A stretch of DNA of 64,000 bases. It comes from Promethearchaeota archaeon. GTDB lineage: Archaea > Asgardarchaeota > Lokiarchaeia > Sigyniarchaeales > SOKP01. The notes below the pieces were generated by a model. It searched no databases and had not been told where the DNA came from. It saw only the letters and a list, made by a program, of their open reading frames with translations. Where the stretch lies: NCBI GenBank assembly GCA_019058445.1, contig JAHPZA010000010.1:256001-320000 (forward strand), written 5' to 3'. The stretch's first letter is position 1. The number at the start of each line of letters is the position of its first letter. The translations under genes were made by a program, and so were the position numbers. Below, piece by piece: positions 10,749 through 20,358 of the stretch.

Positions 10749-11264
10749 TTAGAAGTCATAATTCTTTAGATTTCTTATATCTCCAATAATTTTACTAGGA
10801 TTTCCTGTAACAATGCTATAATCTGGAATGTCTTTGACTACAACAGTACCAGCTCCTATTAATGCATATTTTCCAATATGAATCTCTGGTAGTATTGTAG
10901 AGTTTGCACCTATCTTTGCAAATTCTCCAATAGTAGGGCCAATCAGATTTTCTTTCACAGTTTTGGATTTTGGATATTTAGCATTGGTAAGAACAACATT
11001 TGGTCCAATCCAGCAATCATGTTTAAGAATAGAATATTCCGGGATAAAACAGTTAGAATGTATACGAACATTATCTTCAATTATTATATGATGTTCTATA
11101 TTAGAATGAGAACCAATACTCACATTATTACCAATCTTATTTTTTTCTCGAATAGTTACAAAATGACCCGTTTGAAAATTATCTCCAATTTCATTATCCG
11201 GATAAATTACTGTCGGTTCTCTAATAGTTGAATTTTTACCAATTTTATATTTTTTTTCTACCAA
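10749..11264 (-). CDS. Hexapeptide-repeat sugar N-acetyltransferase (WbpD/WlbB-like)
   Basis: Left-handed beta-helix repeats IGDN/IGNNVSIG, IGPNVVLTN, IGANSTIL, IGAGTVVVKD, GNPSK; last gene of a 3-gene operon. Confidence 0.85.
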   Translation of the reverse strand: MVEKKYKIGKNSTIREPTVIYPDNEIGDNFQTGHFVTIREKNKIGNNVSIGSHSNIEHHIIIEDNVRIHSNCFIPEYSILKHDCWIGPNVVLTNAKYPKSKTVKENLIGPTIGEFAKIGANSTILPEIHIGKYALIGAGTVVVKDIPDYSIVTGNPSKIIGDIRNLKNYDF

Positions 11265-11285
11265 TTGCTTTTATCTCCATAGATA

Positions 11286-12293
11286 TTAAAAATAGATTCT
11301 TTTATTTTCTTTAATTGAATTAAATACCGCTTCGCATATTTTTATCGCTTTATATCCAACAATTCCATCTGTTTCTGGAATAGCTCGATTTTTTACACAA
11401 TGTATAAAATGTAGAATTTCTTCTCTCAATGGTTCCTTGTATTCGATTACTATTTTATTAACGGCGTTCTCCTCTATCTCTAATAATGTTTTATTTTCGA
11501 TATTTTGTTTTTTAATTTTTGTATCATAAATTACATATTCATTTGGTAATAAATAGTCAATAATTGCGCTCTTCTCCGAACCAATTATCACTAATTCTCT
11601 TTTTCTTCCATACACAGGGATATTCCAACTTTCCATCATATATGATTTTGCTCCGTTTGGAAACTCCATTGATATATTTACCATTTCTTCTACATCATCT
11701 TGATGAAATCGAGCACTATCTGCAATTAACGATATTGGATATTCTGTATTTAATAGGTAGCAAGATAAATCAAGTTCATGAACAGCTAAAGCATAAACAA
11801 CACCCATGTCTTTTCTAGGTACACCTAGCGCAAACCGATAGGTGACAATCATGTTTATTTTTCCAAATTCACCTAAATCAATACGATTTTTTAAATCTTT
11901 TACAGCAGGATGATAACGAAAAAGGTGGCCAACCATTAAAATAGTATTTTTTTTATTCGCAATTTCAACTAAATCTTTTGCCCCCTCAGAGTTTAAGGTC
12001 ATTGGTTTCTCGATAAAAACATCTTTTCCATTTTCTAAAAACTTTTTTGCGATTTTATAGTGAGTCGAAGAAGGAGTTGCAATTACAATAGCAGATATGT
12101 TGCTATCGCTCAGAATTTCTTCGATATTTGAAGTATATTCCAGATCATAATCTCCTGCTATTTGCTTGGCCCTTCCTTCATTAATATCACATAATTTCAA
12201 ATAATCTATTTCTTTTTCAATTAAAAGCGCCTTATAATTACGAACATGATTTTTGCCCCAATAACCAGTACCTATAATTGCTATACCTACTAT
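11286..12293 (-). CDS. Gfo/Idh/MocA oxidoreductase (WbpB/WlbA-like UDP-sugar 3-dehydrogenase); start extended to ATA at 12293
   Basis: EKPM and MVGHLFRY motifs. The Rossmann motif IAIIGTGYWGKNHVR lies in frame upstream of the track start (12200). Confidence 0.85.
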   Translation of the reverse strand: MVGIAIIGTGYWGKNHVRNYKALLIEKEIDYLKLCDINEGRAKQIAGDYDLEYTSNIEEILSDSNISAIVIATPSSTHYKIAKKFLENGKDVFIEKPMTLNSEGAKDLVEIANKKNTILMVGHLFRYHPAVKDLKNRIDLGEFGKINMIVTYRFALGVPRKDMGVVYALAVHELDLSCYLLNTEYPISLIADSARFHQDDVEEMVNISMEFPNGAKSYMMESWNIPVYGRKRELVIIGSEKSAIIDYLLPNEYVIYDTKIKKQNIENKTLLEIEENAVNKIVIEYKEPLREEILHFIHCVKNRAIPETDGIVGYKAIKICEAVFNSIKENKRIYF

Positions 12294-13390
12294 GATGATC
12301 TCCTCATGAAATTATTTATTTCTAATTTAATACGCGCTAGTTCCTCATCGTTCAAAAGGGGTGAGAGGGGTAAGGAGACTATTTTTTTAACTATTTCCTC
12401 AGTTACGGGTAATTTAGGTTGTTTCCCATATAAATCTTCAATAATAGGTTGTTTATGAACTGGAATAGGATAATAAAGACCTGTTGCAATTTTCCTCTCC
12501 TTGAAAAACTTAATAAATTCATCTCGATCTTCTAATTGAATCGTATAGACATAATAAGAACATTTGGCCCAATCTCTTTCGACAGGTAGCTTCACGTTTG
12601 AATACTGCCTTAAAAAATCATTATAAACCTGGACAATAATTCTTCTTCTTTCAATCCATTCAGATAAATGTTTTAATTGTAATTTACCTATGACTGCTTG
12701 AATTTCATTTAAACGAAAATTCAATCCTAAATTGGCATTCTCATATTTTGAAGATCGCCCATGATCTCTACGCAATTTCAAAATTTCACCGTATTTGTCA
12801 TTATTAGTTACTATCATACCTCCATCACCTCCTACTGTCATAGACTTTGATGGAAAGAAGCTAAATACACCGAGATCTCCAAGAGCTCCAACTTTTTTAT
12901 TTTTATATTCTGAGCCATGAGCTTGACAAGCATCTTCAATTACTTTGATATTTTTCTCCTTAGCAATCTCGAGTATCGGGTCCATATCGACGGGATTGCC
13001 ATACAGATGCACTGGAGTTATAACTTTGGTTTTAGATGTTATTTTTTCTTTAACATCCTCAACGTCCATGCAATACGTATCTGGATCAACATCAACAAAT
13101 ACAGGTTTTGCTTTAAAAAATGCGAGAGGTGAAGCTGTTGCGATAAAGGTATGAGAGGGTAAAATTACCTCATCACCCGGTTTTAAATTCATTTCATAAT
13201 AAGATAAGAATAAAGCAGCTGTACCTGAACTAACCCCTATAGCGTATTTTACTCCTAAATATTCTTTAAAATCATTTTCAAAAGCTTTAAGATTAGGGCC
13301 ATTTATATAATACCCCGTGTCAAGTACTTTAATGACTTCATTTCTAATTACATCATCCATGTACATTTTAACTAGCTTAATTTCTTCCAT
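12290..13390 (-). CDS. DegT/DnrJ/EryC1/StrS PLP-dependent sugar aminotransferase (WbpE-like)
   Basis: SSGTAAL, TFIATA, PVHLYG, EDACQAHG, FSFFPSK, GDGGM, GLNFRL. Confidence 0.92.
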   Translation of the reverse strand: MEEIKLVKMYMDDVIRNEVIKVLDTGYYINGPNLKAFENDFKEYLGVKYAIGVSSGTAALFLSYYEMNLKPGDEVILPSHTFIATASPLAFFKAKPVFVDVDPDTYCMDVEDVKEKITSKTKVITPVHLYGNPVDMDPILEIAKEKNIKVIEDACQAHGSEYKNKKVGALGDLGVFSFFPSKSMTVGGDGGMIVTNNDKYGEILKLRRDHGRSSKYENANLGLNFRLNEIQAVIGKLQLKHLSEWIERRRIIVQVYNDFLRQYSNVKLPVERDWAKCSYYVYTIQLEDRDEFIKFFKERKIATGLYYPIPVHKQPIIEDLYGKQPKLPVTEEIVKKIVSLPLSPLLNDEELARIKLEINNFMRRSS

Positions 13391-13596
13391 CTGTTAATGA
13401 CCATAAGTTTATAATTAGAGTAATTTGTAGATATATTCTCTAATATTTTAAGATATTTGAATTGTTTTAATGGGATTTATTAGTGTCCATCTTTACTTAG
13501 AAAAGAATGAGACCTAGAATTACTTTGGCTTACCCACCATTCTAAAATTAAAAAAAAGTAGTTAAAATTAATTATTAGCCTATTTTCACATTTTCT

Positions 13597-14763
13597 TTAT
13601 AAATTTGATTTTAAAAAACTATAGATTTTATTTGTAATTACATTAATATCATAAATATTTAAAATTTCATTCTTTGCATTCTCGATGAGATTTTTAATGA
13701 TTTTTGGATTATTTTTATAAAAAACTAATTGATCTAATAACTTATCTTTCTTAAATGGATTAAATAATAGTCCATTTATTTGGTTTTTAATTAAATCTTT
13801 ATTGCCAATCGCATCTGATGCAATTACTAGTGTATTTGAACTCATTGCTTCTAAATTTGCATTTGAAATACCTTGAGCAAGAGCGGGATCTATTAAAACA
13901 TCAATATTTGAATATATCTCTCTTTTATCTTTCTTATAACCACAGAGAATAATATTTTGATTTAAATTATGATCTTCAGTGAATTTCGAAATCCATTTAC
14001 TCTCTGGACCTTTCCCATATATATATAATTTATCTAAAGGATATAAGGATAAATAATCTTTAAATGCATATAATAAAATTCTTATATTTTTAATTTGAAC
14101 TAATCTTCCAACATACCCAAAATGGGAAATTTCGCGATTTTTTTTACTTAAATTATCAAAAATTCTAATATTAATACCATTAGGAATTTCTAAGATTCTT
14201 TCTTTTGGATACTTTAATTTTATCAAATCATGGAAAATTGTGTTATTTATTACTCTTATGAAATTAATTTTTCTAATTATGAATTTTTTAAAGAATTTAT
14301 ACCACGTATAATTGAGAATTCGAGTTCGAAGTTTATTTTCTTTCAGCATGGCAGTATCATTAATAAAACTAGTGAAATCTAAGGGGATCTTCATTAATAT
14401 TGGAATTTTTTTTACAATTCGAACCAAGATAATCAAAGAATAAAAATAGGTTGAATTATGAATATTAATTAGGTTAATTGGAGTTCTTTTATGAATTTTT
14501 ATGATTTTAATGGGCGATTTTAAAAGAAAATAAAGAAGATCAAGAAGAAAATTATTAAATTTGTGAATCCTGTATATTTTAATTCTATTCGATGTCGGAG
14601 TATATTCTGAATATCTTGTTATTAATGAAATATTTATATTTTTAATTTTTTCAAATGATTGAAGTAAAAGCAATATTTGATTACTAATTCCACCGACATT
14701 AAGGTTTAATTGTTTGTTGGCATGTGTATTTCCTATTATTATACATAAATGCATATATAACAC
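13597..14763 (-). CDS. GT4 glycosyltransferase
   Basis: IPNGI, YVGRLVQIKN, QGISNANLEAMS; paralogue of 62048..63235; probable start MHLCII at 14754. Confidence 0.88.
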   Translation of the reverse strand: MLYMHLCIIIGNTHANKQLNLNVGGISNQILLLLQSFEKIKNINISLITRYSEYTPTSNRIKIYRIHKFNNFLLDLLYFLLKSPIKIIKIHKRTPINLINIHNSTYFYSLIILVRIVKKIPILMKIPLDFTSFINDTAMLKENKLRTRILNYTWYKFFKKFIIRKINFIRVINNTIFHDLIKLKYPKERILEIPNGINIRIFDNLSKKNREISHFGYVGRLVQIKNIRILLYAFKDYLSLYPLDKLYIYGKGPESKWISKFTEDHNLNQNIILCGYKKDKREIYSNIDVLIDPALAQGISNANLEAMSSNTLVIASDAIGNKDLIKNQINGLLFNPFKKDKLLDQLVFYKNNPKIIKNLIENAKNEILNIYDINVITNKIYSFLKSNL

Positions 14764-14810
14764 TATAATAGTGAAATTGAGTAACTTAATTAAATACTAT
14801 TGGAGAATTT

Positions 14811-16493
14811 TTATTTTTTTCTAATTCTAATAATTTTTTTTTCAGTAATTGAAATCATTAATACAATTTTATTGATTAGTGGAAATTTTTCAAATGTATT
14901 TTCGAAGAAATTTAATTCGTCTACTGTAATTTGAGAGAAAAAACCAATAAGGAATAAAAATACGATTATATAAAACGAGAATGCTATTGTCAATTTCAGC
15001 AATGTAAAAAGAATGATATCTTCATATATGTAAATTCCAAGGATATTGAATATTAAATAAGTTAGAAATCCACAAACGATTGAAATTAAAAATATAATGA
15101 TAATATTATATAAATTAGAATATAATTTTTTTCCATATTTCTTTAACATCAATAAATTTCCAAAAAATACGCTGATAACCGTTCCAATTACGATTCCAAA
15201 AATTACACCTATTCCCCCATAAAAATTAATTAATATCAATGCTAAAACTAAACTTGCCAAAAAATTTAGCAATTCTAAAAGAAATACATAATTAGTTTTT
15301 TTTTGCCCATTCAAAAATGCAGGAATAGATAAATATCCGAAAGAACATAGTAAGAATATGATTAAATAAGTTGAGATAAAGGGAGATGCTTCTCTGTATT
15401 TCTCTCCAAAAATCAATGGAAAAGTATTGCCAGAAAATAAGACTAATAAAATGGTTACAGGCAAAATTAATAAAGAACAAAATTTTAAAGAAAATTGGAA
15501 AGTTTTAATTAATTTTTCTCTTTCATCTATATTATCCCAATCTTTTTTTGAAAAAATAGGAAAAAGTGTATATTTAATAGATTTTGTTAATATTCCCATA
15601 ACTGAAGCACTTACTATAGCAACATTAAAATAACTTACTTCTGTTAAAAAACCATAAATTGTTAAGATTAATATGAAGCATTGAACGTGAATGCTAATAA
15701 TTATTGAATATAAAAAAAGAGGATACCCATATCTCACCATTTCCGATAATTTTTTCCAATCTATTGATTCATTTTCAATATTTCCCTTAAAGAAGAGCTT
15801 TTTTAACAAAAACAAATAAATGATAACCACAATTAATGGCGCGAGAACGAAACCAATCATCGGACCAACTAATGTAAACCCAATTAGTATTAAAGTAAGG
15901 GTTAATACAGTTCTTAATGATGTTTGGAGGATTGTACCTATTTGAACCATTTTTGTATTTAAAGCACCCAAGAAAAAGGAATTTATTGTGTCATATAAGA
16001 TATTGGCTATAATTCCAATTGAAGATAGTTGAATTAGTAAAACCATTCGTGCATCGTTAATATTATAAATGTTTTTAGCAATATAATTTGAAAAAATAAT
16101 AATAAGTAATGTAAAGATTATGCTAATAGTGATTTTAATAATCAAGTTAATTTTTATGATATTTCTAACATCTTCATATTTCTCTTCCTTAATTTTTCTC
16201 GCGATGAAGTGAGTACTTGCATAATTTAAGCCTAATTCTGAAATTACAATCAAAATTGCCGGAATTATAAAAGCTATGGTGATGTAACTATATTCTTCAA
16301 CCGAAATTAGTCTAATCATCAATATTGTCCCTATTGATGATATTGCAGAGGACATTAAATACCCCATCATTAGAATGTAGGAATTTTGTACAAATCTATC
16401 TCTTTCTTGTTGTTCCATTTTAATATCAAAGTCTTTTCTAACTTTAAAACTTAAGTATTTATAAAAAATGAGACAATGCATTAAATTTTCCAT
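14811..16493 (-). CDS. Oligosaccharide flippase (Wzx/MATE-like)
   Basis: About 14 TM helices; RLISVEEYS, ELGLNYA, RYGYPL, LFPIFS, FGEKY; probable start MEQQERD at about 16418. Confidence 0.88.
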   Translation of the reverse strand: MENLMHCLIFYKYLSFKVRKDFDIKMEQQERDRFVQNSYILMMGYLMSSAISSIGTILMIRLISVEEYSYITIAFIIPAILIVISELGLNYASTHFIARKIKEEKYEDVRNIIKINLIIKITISIIFTLLIIIFSNYIAKNIYNINDARMVLLIQLSSIGIIANILYDTINSFFLGALNTKMVQIGTILQTSLRTVLTLTLILIGFTLVGPMIGFVLAPLIVVIIYLFLLKKLFFKGNIENESIDWKKLSEMVRYGYPLFLYSIIISIHVQCFILILTIYGFLTEVSYFNVAIVSASVMGILTKSIKYTLFPIFSKKDWDNIDEREKLIKTFQFSLKFCSLLILPVTILLVLFSGNTFPLIFGEKYREASPFISTYLIIFLLCSFGYLSIPAFLNGQKKTNYVFLLELLNFLASLVLALILINFYGGIGVIFGIVIGTVISVFFGNLLMLKKYGKKLYSNLYNIIIIFLISIVCGFLTYLIFNILGIYIYEDIILFTLLKLTIAFSFYIIVFLFLIGFFSQITVDELNFFENTFEKFPLINKIVLMISITEKKIIRIRKK

Positions 16494-16589
16494 AATTTTG
16501 TAGAAGAAAATTGAAAAGAATACTAAAAATAGGCTTTCTTTTTTACTTTAATTTTTTAAGTTGTTAATTTTAAAAGAGTTAAGTATTTT

Positions 16590-17786
16590 TTAGATATTAT
16601 TTATCAATTGAACTAAATCTCTATTAAAGTCTTTCATAATTTTTTCCCACCTGAATTTTTGATTAATCTTTTCAATGCCATTTTTTCCTAATTTCGTTCT
16701 TAAGCTTTTATCTTCTATTAAAATAGACAAATATTCAAATATATCTCTTTTTTTAAAATTTTTTTTTAAAACTAAACCCACATCATTATCCTTTATTATA
16801 TCTGTTGAAATTGGCGCAGTAATAAAGGGTTTCATGCATGCCATATATTCTAAACATTTTACGGGAATCATATATCGCCAAATTGCATCATGTGTTATTC
16901 TACCAATACCTATATCACTATTATTAATAAAATAAGGGATTTCATAGTGAGGTTTTATCCCAAGTAAATGCACATTATTTGTTAGATTATTATTTTGTAT
17001 ATATTTTAACAGATTTTTTTCATATATTCCACTTCCAATAATTAAAAAATGAGTTTCTTTATAAGTTTTTAAAAGTTCTGGAAGAATTTTTACAATATAT
17101 TGTAAATCATAGTCCCTAGAAATTTGACCAACAAAACTAATAATGGTATCACATCCATACTTATCTTTTAATTCCTCCTGATTCTTAAAAGGAAAGAATT
17201 CATTTACATCAATTCCATTATATTGAATTTTAAAGTTGATATTTTTTAATTTCTTAAAATGTAAAAAATATTTTTTCATTTCAGATGTAGTAACATAAAA
17301 AATATCAGAATTAAAGATAGAGTGATAAATTTTAGTATAAATTAAAGAATGAAAAATCTTAAATGGAAGAGAGAAAGTATATGTTGGAAAAAATATATCA
17401 TGTGAACGTATTACATGGGGGATTTTAAATATTTTAGATGTATATCCTCCAACTACACTAGCATAATGATAGGCATGATATTGAGATAGGACCAAATCTG
17501 CCTTGAATTTTTGTTTTAATTTTAAAATGTATTTTAATAAATTGTCAAAATGAGAAAAAATTAAATTTAAGGGGACTTTAAAAAGATTACTTGAATAATT
17601 TATATGGACATAAGAATTGGGAGCCCATTTGAAATCATTAAAATCAGATGTTTTACTAAATACACTTGGACTTAATACTAAAATATGATGCCCGAATTTA
17701 GCTAGAAATTCTACAATTTTATACGAATTAAGCGCAGCCGCTCCAATACTAGGAGGAAAACCTTGCACAAAATATAAAATTTTCAT
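16590..17786 (-). CDS. GT4 glycosyltransferase
   Basis: MKIL...FPPSIG, YNGID, FVGQI, IPVKCLEYMACMKP. Confidence 0.9.
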   Translation of the reverse strand: MKILYFVQGFPPSIGAAALNSYKIVEFLAKFGHHILVLSPSVFSKTSDFNDFKWAPNSYVHINYSSNLFKVPLNLIFSHFDNLLKYILKLKQKFKADLVLSQYHAYHYASVVGGYTSKIFKIPHVIRSHDIFFPTYTFSLPFKIFHSLIYTKIYHSIFNSDIFYVTTSEMKKYFLHFKKLKNINFKIQYNGIDVNEFFPFKNQEELKDKYGCDTIISFVGQISRDYDLQYIVKILPELLKTYKETHFLIIGSGIYEKNLLKYIQNNNLTNNVHLLGIKPHYEIPYFINNSDIGIGRITHDAIWRYMIPVKCLEYMACMKPFITAPISTDIIKDNDVGLVLKKNFKKRDIFEYLSILIEDKSLRTKLGKNGIEKINQKFRWEKIMKDFNRDLVQLINNI

Positions 17787-17965
17787 ATTTTAACTAATAA
17801 ATTATGATTTTATACTTATTTTATAAAAATCTTAAAATTAATAAAATATTATTATAATTTCAAACTTAGATTATAACAATCATTAATATTTTTGTAAAGA
17901 AATAATTTGAAACTATTATTTAATAACTTTTTATCATGTATAAATAATATTTTTGGTGGATCTTA

Positions 17966-19183
17966 CTGAATATTGGCATCTTTTTTATGCACCCACCGGG
18001 TGAAAGCATGGGCTCAATTTTTCGAGTAAGAAGTCTCTGCCAAGGATTAACCAAACTATCACATAAATGTTTTATCTTTACGCCTTTCCATTATTATCAA
18101 GATTGGGGGCCTCTAGTTAAATTTTTTACAGTCCCGGTTATAACTTCAGACGGAAAAATCTCAAAAAAGCTATATAAAATAGTGAGAAAGGTATTAGATA
18201 TTCAAATTCTATCTAATATTACTGTGTTAAATCCAACTGTTTTAGATTTAACATTAATACGTATTTCTAACAGTCTTTTGAATGTTATCAAAGAATTTTC
18301 TATTGATATAGATGTAATGATAGGAGAGACTGAAATAGGCGGCTTAGTTTTAACTAAAATTAAAGATCAATTAAATTGTCCTATAATTGTTGATTATCAA
18401 AATTATTGGCCTGAAGAATTAGTTGATCATAAAATCATTAAGCGCTTTGGAAGAAAATATAATCATTTGATTACCTTAGAGAATGAAGTTATAAATAAGA
18501 CAGATATGATTTTTACAGTAAGTAATACTCTAAAGAGTTTTTTGTTAAAAAATTTTAATCAAATAGATTCATCTAAAATAAAAACAGAAATAATTGGGGG
18601 TTTCCCAGTTTTAGAAAAACCTAAAGAAAAAAGTTTACCTCCAAAAATAATAAATGCTGGAATGGTTGTCCATAGAAGCAATTTTAAATTTTTTTTTGAT
18701 TGTGTACCTTATATTTTAAAAAGTTATCCTAGTACTCAAATATATATTACAAAAAAGGGAGAGAAATTAAAAGAAACTATGAAGATGGCAAATAAAAAAC
18801 ATCTCAATATCAATTTTTATTGGAAGGACACACATCAAGAGTTTATTGAGTTATTAAGTCAATGTCATGTAGGAGTAGTTACTTCTACATATGAACTAAC
18901 AAGAAAATTTGGATTTGTAACTAAAATTTATGATTATTTTTCTGTCGGTATACCTGTTGTTGGAAATGACATAGGAGGTTGGACAAAAATAATTGAAAAA
19001 GAAAGGTTAGGAATTTTATCAACAAATGATCCTAAAGATTTAGCTGAAAAAATAATTTTTTTCATTAAAAATCCAGATATAGGATATGAGTATGGGCAAA
19101 GAGCTATTAATTTTCTAAAAAAAAAACACAATGTGGTAATCTCTGCTCAAAATATAATAAATCATATAAATAATCTTTTATAA
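17966..19183 (+). CDS. GT4-like glycosyltransferase; start extended to CTG at 17966
   Basis: TKIYDYFSVGIPVVGND C-terminal GT-B motif. The in-frame upstream extension (M)NIGIFF restores the first beta-strand and follows GGTGG. Confidence 0.8.
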   Translation: MNIGIFFMHPPGESMGSIFRVRSLCQGLTKLSHKCFIFTPFHYYQDWGPLVKFFTVPVITSDGKISKKLYKIVRKVLDIQILSNITVLNPTVLDLTLIRISNSLLNVIKEFSIDIDVMIGETEIGGLVLTKIKDQLNCPIIVDYQNYWPEELVDHKIIKRFGRKYNHLITLENEVINKTDMIFTVSNTLKSFLLKNFNQIDSSKIKTEIIGGFPVLEKPKEKSLPPKIINAGMVVHRSNFKFFFDCVPYILKSYPSTQIYITKKGEKLKETMKMANKKHLNINFYWKDTHQEFIELLSQCHVGVVTSTYELTRKFGFVTKIYDYFSVGIPVVGNDIGGWTKIIEKERLGILSTNDPKDLAEKIIFFIKNPDIGYEYGQRAINFLKKKHNVVISAQNIINHINNLL

Positions 19184-19270
19184 CAAGGTTTATATATTCT
19201 TTTAAGTTAATATACAGCAAATTATATATAAGAATTATAGAAAAATTGAATTTAAGAAAGTAACATTAAG

Positions 19271-20236
19271 TTATTTCCTAAAAAAAATTCGTCTAATCAA
19301 ATTAGAAAATACAACTTTGGGAAATAAAACGCTCGTATAATCACATTCTTTACAAATTCTTATTCTACTATTTCGTATCAATTCATTTCTTAATAGTACA
19401 TATTTTTTATTTGACCATATCTCTATTAATCTATTTTTCTTAACATCTCCCATTATTTCATTAAATAACCAATCATTACAACAAAATAGAGCTTCTCCTT
19501 TAAAATTAATGTACATTTGTTCAAAAGGGCGATTACAGAATAAATTTAGAGGTGTTGGAGTCGTTCTCCCTTCCATAAGCCCAGATCTATTCGACATCTT
19601 CTTAATACTGGGAAAAAAACGATATATTTTTATTTTTTTTTGATTAGCTGCATAACAAATAAAGGTCTTTATTTCGGATTCAACTGTATAACATTCCTCA
19701 GTTTTTACATTATTAAATTGAACCATTGAATAATCATTAATTCTTATAAAAGTCAATCCAACATTAAATAAATTGCATAATAAACCATTTGTTAAATTAG
19801 TTCCATTAGAATATAATCCAATAATCGCATTAGGACAATTTTTATTAGCTATTTGGACAAATTCTACAATTCTTTTGTCTAACAATGGTTCATTTTGTAA
19901 ATACAGCATTATTTCACCCCTGTAATTTAATTCTGAAAGTTCATGGATAATTTTGTTAAACACATCTAATGACATTTTACCATGTTCCCTCTTTATCTTA
20001 TTATTAGGACAAAATTGACAATTTAGATTGCAATAGGTTTGTGTCTGAATTTGTATAGAATGGAAAAGATCTTTGGTTTGATCAAATTTTCGATAATTTA
20101 ATTTAACAAATTCGATAAAAGGTTTAATTATTAGTTTTTTAATATTCCAATTAGAATTTTGATATAATAGATAATAGTATTTAAATAAATAATTAAGATA
20201 GATTTTATTTATAAGATTTTTAAAGAAGCTCATCAT
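19271..20236 (-). CDS. Radical SAM protein with SPASM/twitch domain
   Basis: CNLNCQFC (CxxxCxxC), NEPLL, SNG; C-terminal CNRPF...GEALFCCND...CKECD. Confidence 0.9.
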   Translation of the reverse strand: MMSFFKNLINKIYLNYLFKYYYLLYQNSNWNIKKLIIKPFIEFVKLNYRKFDQTKDLFHSIQIQTQTYCNLNCQFCPNNKIKREHGKMSLDVFNKIIHELSELNYRGEIMLYLQNEPLLDKRIVEFVQIANKNCPNAIIGLYSNGTNLTNGLLCNLFNVGLTFIRINDYSMVQFNNVKTEECYTVESEIKTFICYAANQKKIKIYRFFPSIKKMSNRSGLMEGRTTPTPLNLFCNRPFEQMYINFKGEALFCCNDWLFNEIMGDVKKNRLIEIWSNKKYVLLRNELIRNSRIRICKECDYTSVLFPKVVFSNLIRRIFFRK

Positions 20237-20358
20237 TTTTTCAAATTTAAAATAATATATCTTTTAAATTATCTAAATAACTTAATTTTTATGGTTTTTA
20301 ATAACGTCTTTTCTTATTATTTGAGAGAATTTTTAAATTTTTAAGCATTTTTTAATGT

